DNA of 61,707 bases, the filler included, from Actinomycetota bacterium (GTDB lineage Bacteria > Actinomycetota > Actinomycetes > JAKEEW01): NCBI GenBank assembly GCA_046725875.1. It is 6 parts of 6 records of this genome, joined end to end, with 100 filler letters (N's around TTAATTAATTAA, not from the genome) between each part and the next. Parts side by side here need not be neighbours in the genome. Positions count along the whole stretch, not along the records: positions 1 to 17,827 come from JBKOZJ010000151.1; positions 17,928 to 30,415 come from JBKOZJ010000153.1; 4 more parts are not named here. One strand, written 5' to 3'. A program made the position numbers and the translations under genes. The notes beneath the pieces were generated by a model. The model made no database searches, had not been told where the DNA came from, and saw only the letters and a program-made list of their open reading frames with translations. Of this stretch, positions 9,648 through 19,040 are shown one piece after another (within the stretch, counting starts at the first letter, position 1; each line of letters starts with the position of its first letter).

Positions 9648-9857
9648 CTATCCCCTTCGGCGCTCGAAGGTCACCAATACGCCTTCCACCCCACCGGGCC
9701 CAACCCGGCCCTTCACTTCTGCCGCAGTGATTGCCTTCAGCTGCCATCCTTGGGAGGCATGCTCGTTGAGTACTTTCTCGAGCTTGTCACCGGCCATCTT
9801 GCCGCCGATCATTCGCTCTCTGAGCTCAACCACTTTGTACTCGTAACGGTCGGTCAT
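9648..9857 (-). CDS. DUF4177-like small protein
   Basis: YEYKVVEL...LEKVLNEHASQGWQL...VTFER pattern. Confidence 0.8.
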   Translation of the reverse strand: MTDRYEYKVVELRERMIGGKMAGDKLEKVLNEHASQGWQLKAITAAEVKGRVGPGGVEGVLVTFERRRG

Positions 9858-9982
9858 GCCCGCAGCTTAGCCGTCGGTGACCAAGGAGTTGATCTGTCGC
9901 AGGCTCGGCTTGACCCGCCCGTGTTGGGACGAGATGCGACGGCGTCCGCGGTGGGGCACCAAGCGGATCCGGATCTGGATAT

Positions 9983-10735
9983 CTAACCTTTAAGCCAGTC
10001 GTCTTCTCCGATGATGATGATGGGGTTCTTGGCCTTGTCGAACCAGGCCGACAGACTGGTGATTCGGCTTAGTGGAATGGACACGCACCCGGCGGTCGCA
10101 CCCGAGCCTTGGACATGGAGGAAGATCCCGCTCCCGCTTCCCGGGCCAGAAAGGATCGGCTGCGGCTCGGAGGCAGGCCTGGTTCCCAGCCTTGGTCGGT
10201 TAAAGCTGATAACCCAGGCGTACTGGTAAAGGGTGCGGTAGTCGGCGAGCCGCTCGGCCCAGCTGGTGCGCCATCCGCTGGTTCGAGACGTCTGATAGGT
10301 GTTGTAGCTCGGCGCGTGCAGAGGGTCTCCCACCCAATAGTCGTTTGAGTCGAATCTCCGCCAGCCCATCCCTCGCGTGTTCGGGTTAGTTCCGGTCCCG
10401 AAGCCCCACAGGATTCTGAACTTCCCGGCCGGAGTCGAGCCATCACCTTGAACCCGCGTTATCTTGATCCCGCTGTAACCAACCCGGCCGGTCCCCGTGC
10501 CCTTTCGAACCCAAGACGACGTCGCGGAGGCCCTTACCCACGTCTCCACCGTGGCGTACGTGCTCCTCCAGTACGTCGTCTTGACCACGATCGCTTGAAG
10601 GGAGCTCAAGGGCGGCTGGAACCGCCCCGCGGTCGGAATCGTCGTGTTGGAGAGCGTGGCCTCGGACGAAGGCGCTAACAGTCCTAAGCCAATAAGCAGT
10701 GCCGCCGAGATGGTCACTACCGAGAACCGCCTCAT
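9983..10735 (-). CDS. Secreted L,D-transpeptidase (YkuD) family protein
   Basis: Signal peptide MRRFSVV...SSEA; QGDGSTPAG; catalytic IFLH...ATAGCVS. Confidence 0.85.
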   Translation of the reverse strand: MRRFSVVTISAALLIGLGLLAPSSEATLSNTTIPTAGRFQPPLSSLQAIVVKTTYWRSTYATVETWVRASATSSWVRKGTGTGRVGYSGIKITRVQGDGSTPAGKFRILWGFGTGTNPNTRGMGWRRFDSNDYWVGDPLHAPSYNTYQTSRTSGWRTSWAERLADYRTLYQYAWVISFNRPRLGTRPASEPQPILSGPGSGSGIFLHVQGSGATAGCVSIPLSRITSLSAWFDKAKNPIIIIGEDDWLKG

Positions 10736-10971
10736 CAAATCCCTCCGGTGCCTCCAAATCCTCGTCCGCGATCGCGACAAGCCGGCCAACGCTTGGACAC
10801 GACAGCATAGCCAGAAGATCTTGAACCCCGGTACAACAAGTCGAAGGTCGAGTCGATCCGTTTGGGCGGTCGTGCCGCAGAGACAGAAGCGGCAGGCCTC
10901 GACCGGCACCGAGGCCTGGCTGCGAGGTGATCGGCCGCGACTGACCGCGGTCTCCCAAAGGTACGGAGCAG

Positions 10972-11946
10972 CTACTCGGAGGCAGGCCGGCTGGTTTCGA
11001 CGGCGCGTTGATAACGACCGGCGATTTCGCTCAGCGCGTCCACTAGCTCCGGCGAGTCCTCGATCTCGAAATCCGCCTCCAGCATTCCCAGATAGAGGGC
11101 GAGCATCTGCGGATGGTCGGAGCCAGGTTCGAAGGCGCACCGATCGGGACCGAGCGACTCGACGTCGACCGGGATCGGCAGCCGATCACGAACATGGGCG
11201 GCCGGCGCTTGCACGATCACCCGCGCCCGGTACCGCCAGGTCGCCTCAGCGACGCCACGGGCGACCTGCGCCGCAACCTCGTGGTCGGGCGGCAGCGGAC
11301 GCGGCGCAAAACGCGGTCCCGTGGGCGTCCGCGGCTCGATCCGGTCGACCCGAAAGGTGCGCCAGGCGTCCCGATCCACATCCCATGCCATTAGGTACCA
11401 GCGTCGCCGGTCGTTGACCAGGCGGTACGGCTCCACCATGCGCCGGCTGGCAGCGCCGGAATGCGTCCAGTAGTCGAATCTGAGCTGCAGATGGTCTCGA
11501 CATGCGCTGGCGACCACGGTTAGCACGTCGGCATCCACCTGGGGCCCACGAAACGGGGCGGGCAGCGTGTGCGACTGGAATGCGTTGACCCGGTGGCGCA
11601 ACCGCGATGGAAGCATCTGCTGCAGCTTCGCCAGCGCGCGTACCGAGGTCTCCTCGATGCCGGCGATCGAGCCACTGGCTGCGGTACGGAGCCCGATCGC
11701 GGTGGCCACCGCCTCCTCGTCATCGAGCAGCAGGGGCGGTAACGTGCCGCCAGCGCCGAGCTGGTACCCGCCCGCCACACCCGGTCGCGCCTCGACCGGA
11801 TAGCCGAGCCGGCGCAACCGGTCCACGTCGTTGCGGATGGTACGAGTGGTGACCTCGAGCCGGCTGGCGAGCTCGGCGCTGGTCCAGTCGCGCCGGGATT
11901 GCAGTAGGGAGAGCATGCGCAGCAGCCGCGCGGAAGTTTCCAGCAT
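10972..11946 (-). CDS. HTH_11 + WYL-domain (YafY-family) transcriptional regulator
   Basis: MLETSARLLRMLSLLQ, ELASRLEVTTRTIRNDVDRLR, VEPYRLV...RRWYLMAWD...WRTFRVDRI. Confidence 0.93.
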   Translation of the reverse strand: MLETSARLLRMLSLLQSRRDWTSAELASRLEVTTRTIRNDVDRLRRLGYPVEARPGVAGGYQLGAGGTLPPLLLDDEEAVATAIGLRTAASGSIAGIEETSVRALAKLQQMLPSRLRHRVNAFQSHTLPAPFRGPQVDADVLTVVASACRDHLQLRFDYWTHSGAASRRMVEPYRLVNDRRRWYLMAWDVDRDAWRTFRVDRIEPRTPTGPRFAPRPLPPDHEVAAQVARGVAEATWRYRARVIVQAPAAHVRDRLPIPVDVESLGPDRCAFEPGSDHPQMLALYLGMLEADFEIEDSPELVDALSEIAGRYQRAVETSRPASE

Positions 11947-11967
11947 TCTTTCGTCCTGTCCAGCATC

Positions 11968-11986
11968 TAGGAAGGAATCATTCCGC
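11968..11986. promoter_or_regulatory. Candidate operator GGAA-N7-TTCC between the WYL gene and epoxide hydrolase
   Basis: TAGGAAGGAATCATTCCGC dyad, about 22 nt upstream of the WYL start. Confidence 0.35.
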
Positions 11987-12110
11987 TATTGTCCATAATC
12001 TTTACTGACAGGATCAGGGTTTGTGATCGAATGTCCGGCCAGTCACCTTTCGGTCGAACACGGAGAGGGTTAGATGCCGCCCGGTAGCAGCCCAGTGACA
12101 AGGAGAAGCG

Positions 12111-13235
12111 ATGCCTGACGAACTCCACCCATTCCGCATCGAGATGGCCCAGGCCGAGCTGGACTACCTGCACGCGCGGCTAGCCAGCGTCCGCTGGCCC
12201 GGCGAGTTGCCCGGGGTGGGGTGGACCCGCGGCGTACCGCTGGGTTACCTCGAGGAGCTCGCCGAGTATTGGAACGGGCAGTACGACTGGCGCACCCAGG
12301 AGGCGAAGCTCAACCAGTACCCGCAGTTCACCACCGAGATCGATGGCCAGCGCATCCACTTCTTGCACGTCAAATCCGAGCAGCCGGACGCAAAGCCGTT
12401 GCTGATCACGCACGGCTTCCCGAGCTCCGTCGCCGAGTTCCTGCAGCTGATCGAGCCGCTAGTCAATGCGGCCGCGGGCCCGGCGTTCCACATCGTCGCG
12501 CCGTCGCTGCCTGGCTACGCATTCTCGACCCCGCTCAGCGCGACCGGCTGGGCCATGGGTCGGACCGCACGTGCCTGGGTCGAGCTGATGCGCCGGCTCG
12601 GCTACTCGCGGTACGGCGTGCACGGTGGCGACATCGGCGGCGGCGTGTCTGGCATGGTTGCCGGCCTCGATGGCGAACATGTGATCGGTGTGCATGTGGT
12701 GACCGATCCGCTGACCGCTGCGAACGTCGCGACGTTCATCCCCGGGATGGCCGACCGGCTCGACGAGGCCGATCCTGTCGACAAGCTGATCCTGGACCGA
12801 ATGAACGAGTTCAAGTACGAAGGTTCAGGCTACCTGGCGATCCAGAACAGCCGGCCGCAGACCATTGGCTACGGCCTTGTCGACTCGCCGCTGCTGCAGC
12901 TGGCCTGGATCGCGGAGAAGTTCGAGGAATGGACGGACCTGCCGATCGATCGTGATCAGCTGCTCACCACGGTCAGCCTGTACTGGTTCACTGGTTCGGG
13001 CGCCACCGCGGCGCACACACTGTACGAGCAGGCCCACTCGTCGGACTGGGGAGCGCCGCCGACGGTTCCGCAGGGCTTCGCAGTCTTTGGCGCGGACGAG
13101 ACGGTACGCAAACTGGTCCCGGCACCGCCGGACGCACACTGGACCGAGTTCGAGCATGGCAAGCATTTCCCGGCAATGGAGGCACCGACCGAGCTGGCCG
13201 CCGACCTGCAGACGTTCTTCGGACCGTTGAAGTGA
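12111..13235 (+). CDS. Epoxide hydrolase (EHN + alpha/beta hydrolase)
   Basis: AAGGAG RBS; HPFRIEM, THGFPSS, HGGDIG, GKHFPAMEAP. Confidence 0.92.
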   Translation: MPDELHPFRIEMAQAELDYLHARLASVRWPGELPGVGWTRGVPLGYLEELAEYWNGQYDWRTQEAKLNQYPQFTTEIDGQRIHFLHVKSEQPDAKPLLITHGFPSSVAEFLQLIEPLVNAAAGPAFHIVAPSLPGYAFSTPLSATGWAMGRTARAWVELMRRLGYSRYGVHGGDIGGGVSGMVAGLDGEHVIGVHVVTDPLTAANVATFIPGMADRLDEADPVDKLILDRMNEFKYEGSGYLAIQNSRPQTIGYGLVDSPLLQLAWIAEKFEEWTDLPIDRDQLLTTVSLYWFTGSGATAAHTLYEQAHSSDWGAPPTVPQGFAVFGADETVRKLVPAPPDAHWTEFEHGKHFPAMEAPTELAADLQTFFGPLK

Positions 13236-13280
13236 CCGAGGTCCCAAGCCAGCACAGATTTCGACCGCGAGCTGCGTTTC

Positions 13281-13874
13281 TCACGGTGCGATGGCCGCGC
13301 AGTGCGTCCAGGTGACGGCCAGCTCGATTGCTGCCTGCACCGACAGGCCATACTCGCGGACCAGGCGCTGCCAGGTCTGGAAGTCAACGGCGGTTCGGAT
13401 CGTGGCCGCCACCGCCGCCTCGCGCTTGTTCGGAGCCGACCAGCCCCTAGCAAGCACCTCGACTGAATCGCGCTGCAGGGCCAACAGCCGCCGGCCGACG
13501 CCAAGGTGGCCTAGTACCTGCGCGTCGCGCAGGATGTTAGCCACCATGGCGGCGTTTTCCGCCCAGTAGGCGTACAGCTCCCGCAGCCCGTGGCGCATCC
13601 GCGCATCCGGGTCTTCAATCGTGGCCCACGTGGTCGGGTCGGGGAGCGGGTGGACGCTGTAGTAGTACGCCGAGCAGGCCTGGAGCAGTGACCCGGGGTC
13701 GGGGAAGTGGCGGTAGATGGTCACCCTGTCAACGCCCGCACGTTGCGCGATATCGGTGACCTGCGTGGCCGCTGGGCCGCGTTCAACGTGCAGCGCGACA
13801 GTGGCTTCGATTATGCGACGCCGGGTGTGGGCCTGCCGCTGGGCGCGTTCTCTGAGTTCGTATCGCCGCACCAT
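13281..13874 (-). CDS. TetR/AcrR-family regulator
   Basis: TRRRIIEAT...TQVTDIAQRAGVDRVTIYRHFP. Confidence 0.9.
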   Translation of the reverse strand: MVRRYELRERAQRQAHTRRRIIEATVALHVERGPAATQVTDIAQRAGVDRVTIYRHFPDPGSLLQACSAYYYSVHPLPDPTTWATIEDPDARMRHGLRELYAYWAENAAMVANILRDAQVLGHLGVGRRLLALQRDSVEVLARGWSAPNKREAAVAATIRTAVDFQTWQRLVREYGLSVQAAIELAVTWTHCAAIAP

Positions 13875-13880
13875 AATCGC

Positions 13881-13949
13881 TCAACATACTGTAGCGCGAA
13901 TCTTGACAGACTGCCCGACCTCGCCCAGAATAGTGCAACATCCTGTTGC
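13881..13949 (+). promoter_or_regulatory. Promoter TTGACA-N17-CAGAAT with two candidate TetR operators
   Basis: TTGACA at 13903-13908 and CAGAAT at 13926-13931. Perfect dyad GCAACA-TCC-TGTTGC at 13935-13949; degenerate copy TCAACA-TAC-TGTAGC at 13881-13895. Confidence 0.65.
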
Positions 13950-13980
13950 TCGGTTAGGGGGCGGGTGACACGCGGGGGAG

Positions 13981-14781
13981 GTGGCCATGCGCATCCATCG
14001 CATCGGCGATGTGACGGTCCTCGGCGACTGCGCCGAGGTTCCCGGACTCGGGTTCCTGCCCGTCAACGCCTTTGTACTCCATGCCGAGCAGCCCGTGGTG
14101 GTCGACACCGGCCTGAGCACCGCGGACAAGGCATTCGTCTCGGCCCTTGCCCAGGTGATCGATCCCGCTGACGTGCGGTGGGTGTGGATCACCCACCCGG
14201 ACCGCGATCACACCGGTGGACTGTGGCCCCTTCTTGAAGCCGCGCCGCAAGCCCGGCTTGTGAGCACCTTTATCGGCTTGGGGATCATGTCTTGCGAATG
14301 GGCGGTCCCGCTCGACCGGGTTTTCCTCCTCAACCCGGGTCAGGTCCTCGACGTCGGAGACCGAGGGCTGCACGCCTTCCGCCCGCCCCTGTTCGACAGC
14401 CCGGCGACGACCGGCTTTCTGGACGACCGGTCGGGCGCGTTGTTCAGCTCCGATTGCTTCGGAGCTCCGATGCCGTCGGCCGAGCTGGCCACATCCGCCG
14501 ACGTGGGCGCGGTCGGCGACGAGCTCCGCGACCTTCAGTTGATGTGGGCGTCGGTCGACAGTCCATGGGTCCATCACGTCGACCCGGTTAAGTTTCGCGC
14601 CACCGTCGACCCGCTCCGGGCAATGGCAGCCTCTGCGGTCTTCAGCGTCCACCTGCCGCCGGCGCCGCGGCCAGACAACCGGCTGTTCGAGACGGTGCTG
14701 CTCGCGCCGCAGACACCGCCGTTCGTCGGACCGGACCAAGCCGCGCTGGAGGCACTGCTCGCCACGTTCGAGCCCGCCTGA
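13981..14781 (+). CDS. MBL-fold metallo-hydrolase (FprA/ODP-like N-terminal domain only)
   Basis: VVVDTG, WITHPDRDHTGG, LFSSDCFG. No flavodoxin domain. Confidence 0.85.
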   Translation: MAMRIHRIGDVTVLGDCAEVPGLGFLPVNAFVLHAEQPVVVDTGLSTADKAFVSALAQVIDPADVRWVWITHPDRDHTGGLWPLLEAAPQARLVSTFIGLGIMSCEWAVPLDRVFLLNPGQVLDVGDRGLHAFRPPLFDSPATTGFLDDRSGALFSSDCFGAPMPSAELATSADVGAVGDELRDLQLMWASVDSPWVHHVDPVKFRATVDPLRAMAASAVFSVHLPPAPRPDNRLFETVLLAPQTPPFVGPDQAALEALLATFEPA

Positions 14782-14795
14782 GCAACACGGTTCGA

Positions 14796-15275
14796 CTATG
14801 CAAGCTCAGGCGGTATTGCCCAGGCGACCGAGAATCCGTCGCGGTCGTCCTTGGGCTCCAGCTTGACCAGGCCGCCCATACGGAAACGGACCACCTGCCT
14901 CTTCTCGTCCCCGGCAACCAGCAGGGAAGCGAGCCTTTCGAGGAAGGGCAGGTGGCCGACCAGCGCGATTGCCTGGTATTCCGCGTCTTCTCGCAGCCAC
15001 TCCGCGACCGGTGTGACCGCGTCGTTGGGCGCAAGACCAGGACGAGCCTCGACGCTCGCTTCGGCGCCTATTTCATTTGTCAGCAACCGCGCGGTTTGCT
15101 CTGCGCGCAGCTTCCCGCTATGTACACAGAGCCCGATCCGGACGCCCACCGTTCGAGCCCGCGCAGCCACACGCCGCACCGCGGCCCGGCCGGCGTCGGT
15201 CAGCGGTCGCTCAGGGTCCTCGGCCTCGGTCGTCGCCTGGCCGTGCTGCATCAGATACAGGTCCACCGTGCTCAC
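14796..15275 (-). CDS. sixA: Phosphohistidine phosphatase SixA-like
   Basis: LYLMQHGQA...RPLTDAG, HSGKLRAEQTA, LVGHLPFL. Confidence 0.85.
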   Translation of the reverse strand: MSTVDLYLMQHGQATTEAEDPERPLTDAGRAAVRRVAARARTVGVRIGLCVHSGKLRAEQTARLLTNEIGAEASVEARPGLAPNDAVTPVAEWLREDAEYQAIALVGHLPFLERLASLLVAGDEKRQVVRFRMGGLVKLEPKDDRDGFSVAWAIPPELA

Positions 15276-15347
15276 CTCCGATGCGCTCTCCAGTATCCAG
15301 CCCGCACCTTCACATTCATGACCTCGAGGTCGCAGCCGACCTCGAAG

Positions 15348-16787
15348 TCAGAGCCTAGGCATCACCGGTCGGATGGGCGTCGGTGCTCCGGGCTGGCCGC
15401 CAACCGCTGAGGAATACTCGCCCACGCCAACGCAAGTGAACAGGAGGCCGTCCAAGAGCTGGCCCATGAGTGTGGGCACGAGGCTGTCGGCGAAGGTCAT
15501 GCCCGAGGCGCTGGCGCCGAGGGCGTAGGCAAGTAGGTGCAGTCTGCCCTCGACGATTCCGGCGGCGAGCTGCGCATCGCGGTAGTCCCTATCGTCCATC
15601 GTGCTGACGTCGGCGGCCGCAATCACGACGAAGGCGGCGTCGCGTCCGAGGCCTTGGTCGCAGCAGACGCGATAGAGCTCCTCACGCACGTCGCCCCTCC
15701 GGACCGGCGACAAGAGGTCCGGCCAGCGGAACACGCCAGGCAAGATTCCGTCGATGTTGTGCACCACAACCCAGTGTGGGACGGCGACGCCGCGCAGAGC
15801 GGCCGCCAGCGACGTGCTCAGCAGGCTCATCGGCAGCGCGCGGGAGGGATCCATGAGGCGCTGCGACCCGCGCGCAAGGACGACCGCCTCGACGGGCTCG
15901 CCACCGGACAGGGGTACGTCGACCGGAGCGCCGCGAGCCCAGGCCGATTCGAGCGTGTCTCGTTCGCCCGCGCGCTGTGCGCCCGTGACGAGCGGGAACT
16001 CGACCGGGGCGGCGTCGACAGCACCAACGGCAGCCGAACCCGTTGCGTTGAGGGCCGGCGTTCCGTCGCCAAGGACGACCACCGCCACCGGCCATTCGTG
16101 GACGCGGTCCGCACCCACAAGCGCAGCAACCGTCTCATCCGGAAACCGTGTGTGCAGGCGCGCGGGGATTCCGGCGGAGTCGGCGGCTGCCAGCAGCTGC
16201 GAGAGCATCGTGCCGGCATCCCAATAGACGTGTCGGTAGCCACGCTCGCGATACCGCCAGCCCGTCCGCCACGGAACGCCCGTGACAACCACGACCGGTG
16301 CGTCTCCTTTCGGCGATGGGCCAATCAAGACAAGGGCGTGGTCCTGTGGGTGGTACCAGTGAACACCGGCCGGCACTTCGCACCCCTCCGGTGCGGCAAG
16401 GTACACCTCCAACGGGAACCGTCCGCCGGCAGATCCGGCGGCACGGAAGAGATGGGTCCCGTAAGGGCGCTGCATCGTACGCACCACCCCGGCCGACAGG
16501 TGCAACAGCCGGGACAGCTGCGCCAGGCTCAGATCGGCGGGCGGAACATCTGCGGTACCGGCGAGCACGTCGACGGCTCCCGCGGTGGTGGCTGGGAGCT
16601 CGCGGGGGAGCGCCACCCACGGCAACGGCTCGGTGTATCGCTTGTAGAACCAGGGCAAGCGATCAAGGTCATTAGCGCGTAGGTCACGCAGCACGCGCGG
16701 GTCGTCGACCGGCGGGTCCCACTCCCGGTCGGGGTCATATGGCTCAAGCGACGTGAGGCGATGCAACAGCTGCGTCGCCGTCACCAT
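15348..16787 (-). CDS. Nitroreductase/SagB-ThcOx-like protein with two domains
   Basis: FRAAGSAGGRFPLEVY, WRTGWRYRERGYRHVYWDAG, second repeat RDYRDAQLAAG...GASGMTF. Confidence 0.82.
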   Translation of the reverse strand: MVTATQLLHRLTSLEPYDPDREWDPPVDDPRVLRDLRANDLDRLPWFYKRYTEPLPWVALPRELPATTAGAVDVLAGTADVPPADLSLAQLSRLLHLSAGVVRTMQRPYGTHLFRAAGSAGGRFPLEVYLAAPEGCEVPAGVHWYHPQDHALVLIGPSPKGDAPVVVVTGVPWRTGWRYRERGYRHVYWDAGTMLSQLLAAADSAGIPARLHTRFPDETVAALVGADRVHEWPVAVVVLGDGTPALNATGSAAVGAVDAAPVEFPLVTGAQRAGERDTLESAWARGAPVDVPLSGGEPVEAVVLARGSQRLMDPSRALPMSLLSTSLAAALRGVAVPHWVVVHNIDGILPGVFRWPDLLSPVRRGDVREELYRVCCDQGLGRDAAFVVIAAADVSTMDDRDYRDAQLAAGIVEGRLHLLAYALGASASGMTFADSLVPTLMGQLLDGLLFTCVGVGEYSSAVGGQPGAPTPIRPVMPRL

Positions 16788-16998
16788 GCGGCGACTCTGC
16801 CACATCCCACCGCGACCCCGGCAGCCGCTCGTCCAAGGCGCGACGGATGCCCTTTCCGAAGGAGCACGCCATTAGGGAGTCACGGGTGGAGGCCTCCGCG
16901 TTGAGGGACTGAAGGCAGCGTTGGAGTCAGCTGAGGGTTTGCTGGGAACACCCCGCACGATCGGAGCCGGGCCGCCCACTTATCGCGGGGCCGTACAG

Positions 16999-17715
16999 CT
17001 AGGGCTTGTTGGTATCCCTGACCAGGAGTTCATGGACCAGGCCGTAGTCGACCGCCGCTTCCGCGGTAAGCACTCGTCCCAGCCGAAGGTCGGACTCGAC
17101 GGTTTCGGCGGATTGCCCGGTGGCCTCGGCCAGCCGGCTAATGCAGCGGGCCAGGAGGTGCTGCTGCCGCTCGAGTTGTACGGCGATCTCGGTGGCCCGG
17201 CCTTCGGCGCTCATTCGAGGTTCACGCAGGTAAAACATGCTGTGGGGATGAGCCGCGCGCCGCTGGGCGGCGGCGTACGCCAGGACCGCCGGTCCGCCGA
17301 TTGTGCCGCTCGCGAGTGCGCGCACCGGCGAGCGGGCCAGGTCGATCGTCTCCGCCAGGGCAGCTGCGGCCTCAAGATCGCCGTCGGGGCAGCTGATGCG
17401 GATCTCGATCGGCTCGGGGCTGCGCGCATCGAGCAGCATGATCGACGCCACGGCTCGGTTCGCGACCGGACCGTTCAGATACCCGGACAGCAGGACAATC
17501 CGGCGGTCGAGCAGCTGTGCCTCGAGGTCTGCCGGCCTCGGCCGGTCGGTTGACTCCCACCACTCGGGGAGGCCGGGTCGCGGCGGCTCGACGGGTGGGA
17601 GCGTTCCGGGAGGTTGGGGGAACGGCGACGGGATGTCCGGGGGCGGTCGCCAGGGTGGCACCTCCGGTGGCCAGCCGAGCGTGGCGCCCACTTGATCAAC
17701 TTCTCTGCGCGACAT
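16999..17715 (-). CDS. ClpP-like subunit, predicted non-catalytic, with Pro-rich N-terminus
   Basis: LLDRRIVLLSG, IEIRISCPDGD, LTAEAAVDYGLV. The Ser, His and Asp positions read GGP, LREP and LGR. Confidence 0.8.
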   Translation of the reverse strand: MSRREVDQVGATLGWPPEVPPWRPPPDIPSPFPQPPGTLPPVEPPRPGLPEWWESTDRPRPADLEAQLLDRRIVLLSGYLNGPVANRAVASIMLLDARSPEPIEIRISCPDGDLEAAAALAETIDLARSPVRALASGTIGGPAVLAYAAAQRRAAHPHSMFYLREPRMSAEGRATEIAVQLERQQHLLARCISRLAEATGQSAETVESDLRLGRVLTAEAAVDYGLVHELLVRDTNKP

Positions 17716-17827
17716 CCCACCCCTCCTCGATGATGAATGGCGGGGTCATTAGGACCTCTTCGATAGTGCCATCAATACCCCGTGGCAGTGACGGCCGAGC
17801 GAACGCACCGCTTTGCTCCGCGGCCCG

Positions 17828-17927
17828 NNNNNNNNNNNNNNNNNNNNNNNNNNNNNNNNNNNNNNNNNNNNTTAATTAATTAANNNNNNNNNNNNNNNNN
17901 NNNNNNNNNNNNNNNNNNNNNNNNNNN
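17828..17927. other. Artificial contig linker
   Basis: N-run + TTAATTAATTAA (stops in all six frames) + N-run, 100 nt. Confidence 0.98.
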
Positions 17928-18117
17928 GGCGGCGGGCCGTGCATGCGCTCTCCCGTCGTCTCGGCGAAGAGAAGATCTGCACACCGGGACGGCGTTGGCC
18001 CGCACGGGGCGCTGGTAGCGCGATCATCCTCGGATGTACCAGCGCCTCGTTTCGTCAGGGTAACCGGGGATCACCTGCTGATCCCCTTATGTGTCACGCA
18101 TTGAGACGCGCGTCGGG

Positions 18118-18858
18118 TCAAGAGAGGCCGGCGCCAACGAGATCTCCGAAGACGTAGGTGAGGCCTGCGGCGGCGGCGCCAAGGACGAACTGGCGCAGGC
18201 CGCTGTACCACCATGTTCTGGCGGTGATCCGCGACACGAGTGCGCCGCACAGGAACAGCGCAACCATGGCCAGGACCAACGACGGCCAGACCGAGGTTGC
18301 GCCGAGCACGTACGGAAGGACCGGAACGAACGCGCCGACCGCAAAGGAGAGGAAGGATGCGATTGCGGCGACCCACGGCGATGGGAGGTCGTTCGGGGTG
18401 ACGCCGAGCTCCTCCCTGGCATGGATCTCGAGGGCCTTCTCCGGGTCACGGGAAAGCTGCTCGGCCACCCTCTCGGCAAGGTCCGGCTCGACCCCGCGGG
18501 AGACGTAGAGCTGGGCAAGCTCGGCCTGCTCGGCCTTGGGACGGCGGCGCAACTCGGCGCGTTCGATTTGGATCTCGGCAAGGGCCAGCTCTGACTGCGA
18601 GGCGACCGACGTGTACTCGCCGGCCGCCATCGAGAACGCCCCTGATATCAGACCCGCGAGGCCCGCCAGTGTGATGACGTTCGGCTCGACCTCACCGCCG
18701 GCGACGCCGGAGATCAGCGCCACGTTCGAAACGAGTCCGTCCATCACGCCGAAGACCGTCGGGCGCAGCCAGCCACCGGTCACGTCGCGGTGGCTGTGGT
18801 GGATCTCCGGCCGCTCGGAGCCGACCGCGGCACCTGCCTTTCCGGTCTCGCTGCTCAC
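18118..18858 (-). CDS. VIT1/CCC1-family Fe/Mn transporter
   Basis: WLRPTVFGVMDGLVSN, AFSMAAGEYTSV, HAREELG. GGAGG RBS precedes the GTG. Confidence 0.92.
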   Translation of the reverse strand: MSSETGKAGAAVGSERPEIHHSHRDVTGGWLRPTVFGVMDGLVSNVALISGVAGGEVEPNVITLAGLAGLISGAFSMAAGEYTSVASQSELALAEIQIERAELRRRPKAEQAELAQLYVSRGVEPDLAERVAEQLSRDPEKALEIHAREELGVTPNDLPSPWVAAIASFLSFAVGAFVPVLPYVLGATSVWPSLVLAMVALFLCGALVSRITARTWWYSGLRQFVLGAAAAGLTYVFGDLVGAGLS

Positions 18859-19040
18859 GAGTCCTCCCCATGCACGCCCATTCACGCCAAGTCCTGGTCC
18901 GCCCCTCGCTTAGCCAGCAGGAGCGCGACGAGTGATTCACCGCTGGTGAGCCGTTACCCACGGTAGTGAGCCTACGAAAACCCGCGCGCGTCCCGAGAAC
19001 CCCCATCCCATCCAGGGTGGTAAGGAATCCGAGGCTGGCA

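Noticed and set aside
16806..16998. Possible structured RNA between the ClpP-like gene and the nitroreductase
   Set aside because: Only short GC-rich stems and no riboswitch consensus that I recognise; needs an Rfam/Infernal scan.
17872..17883. TTAATTAATTAA recurring five times
   Set aside because: Always centred in a 100-nt N block. It is an assembly linker, not a biological repeat.
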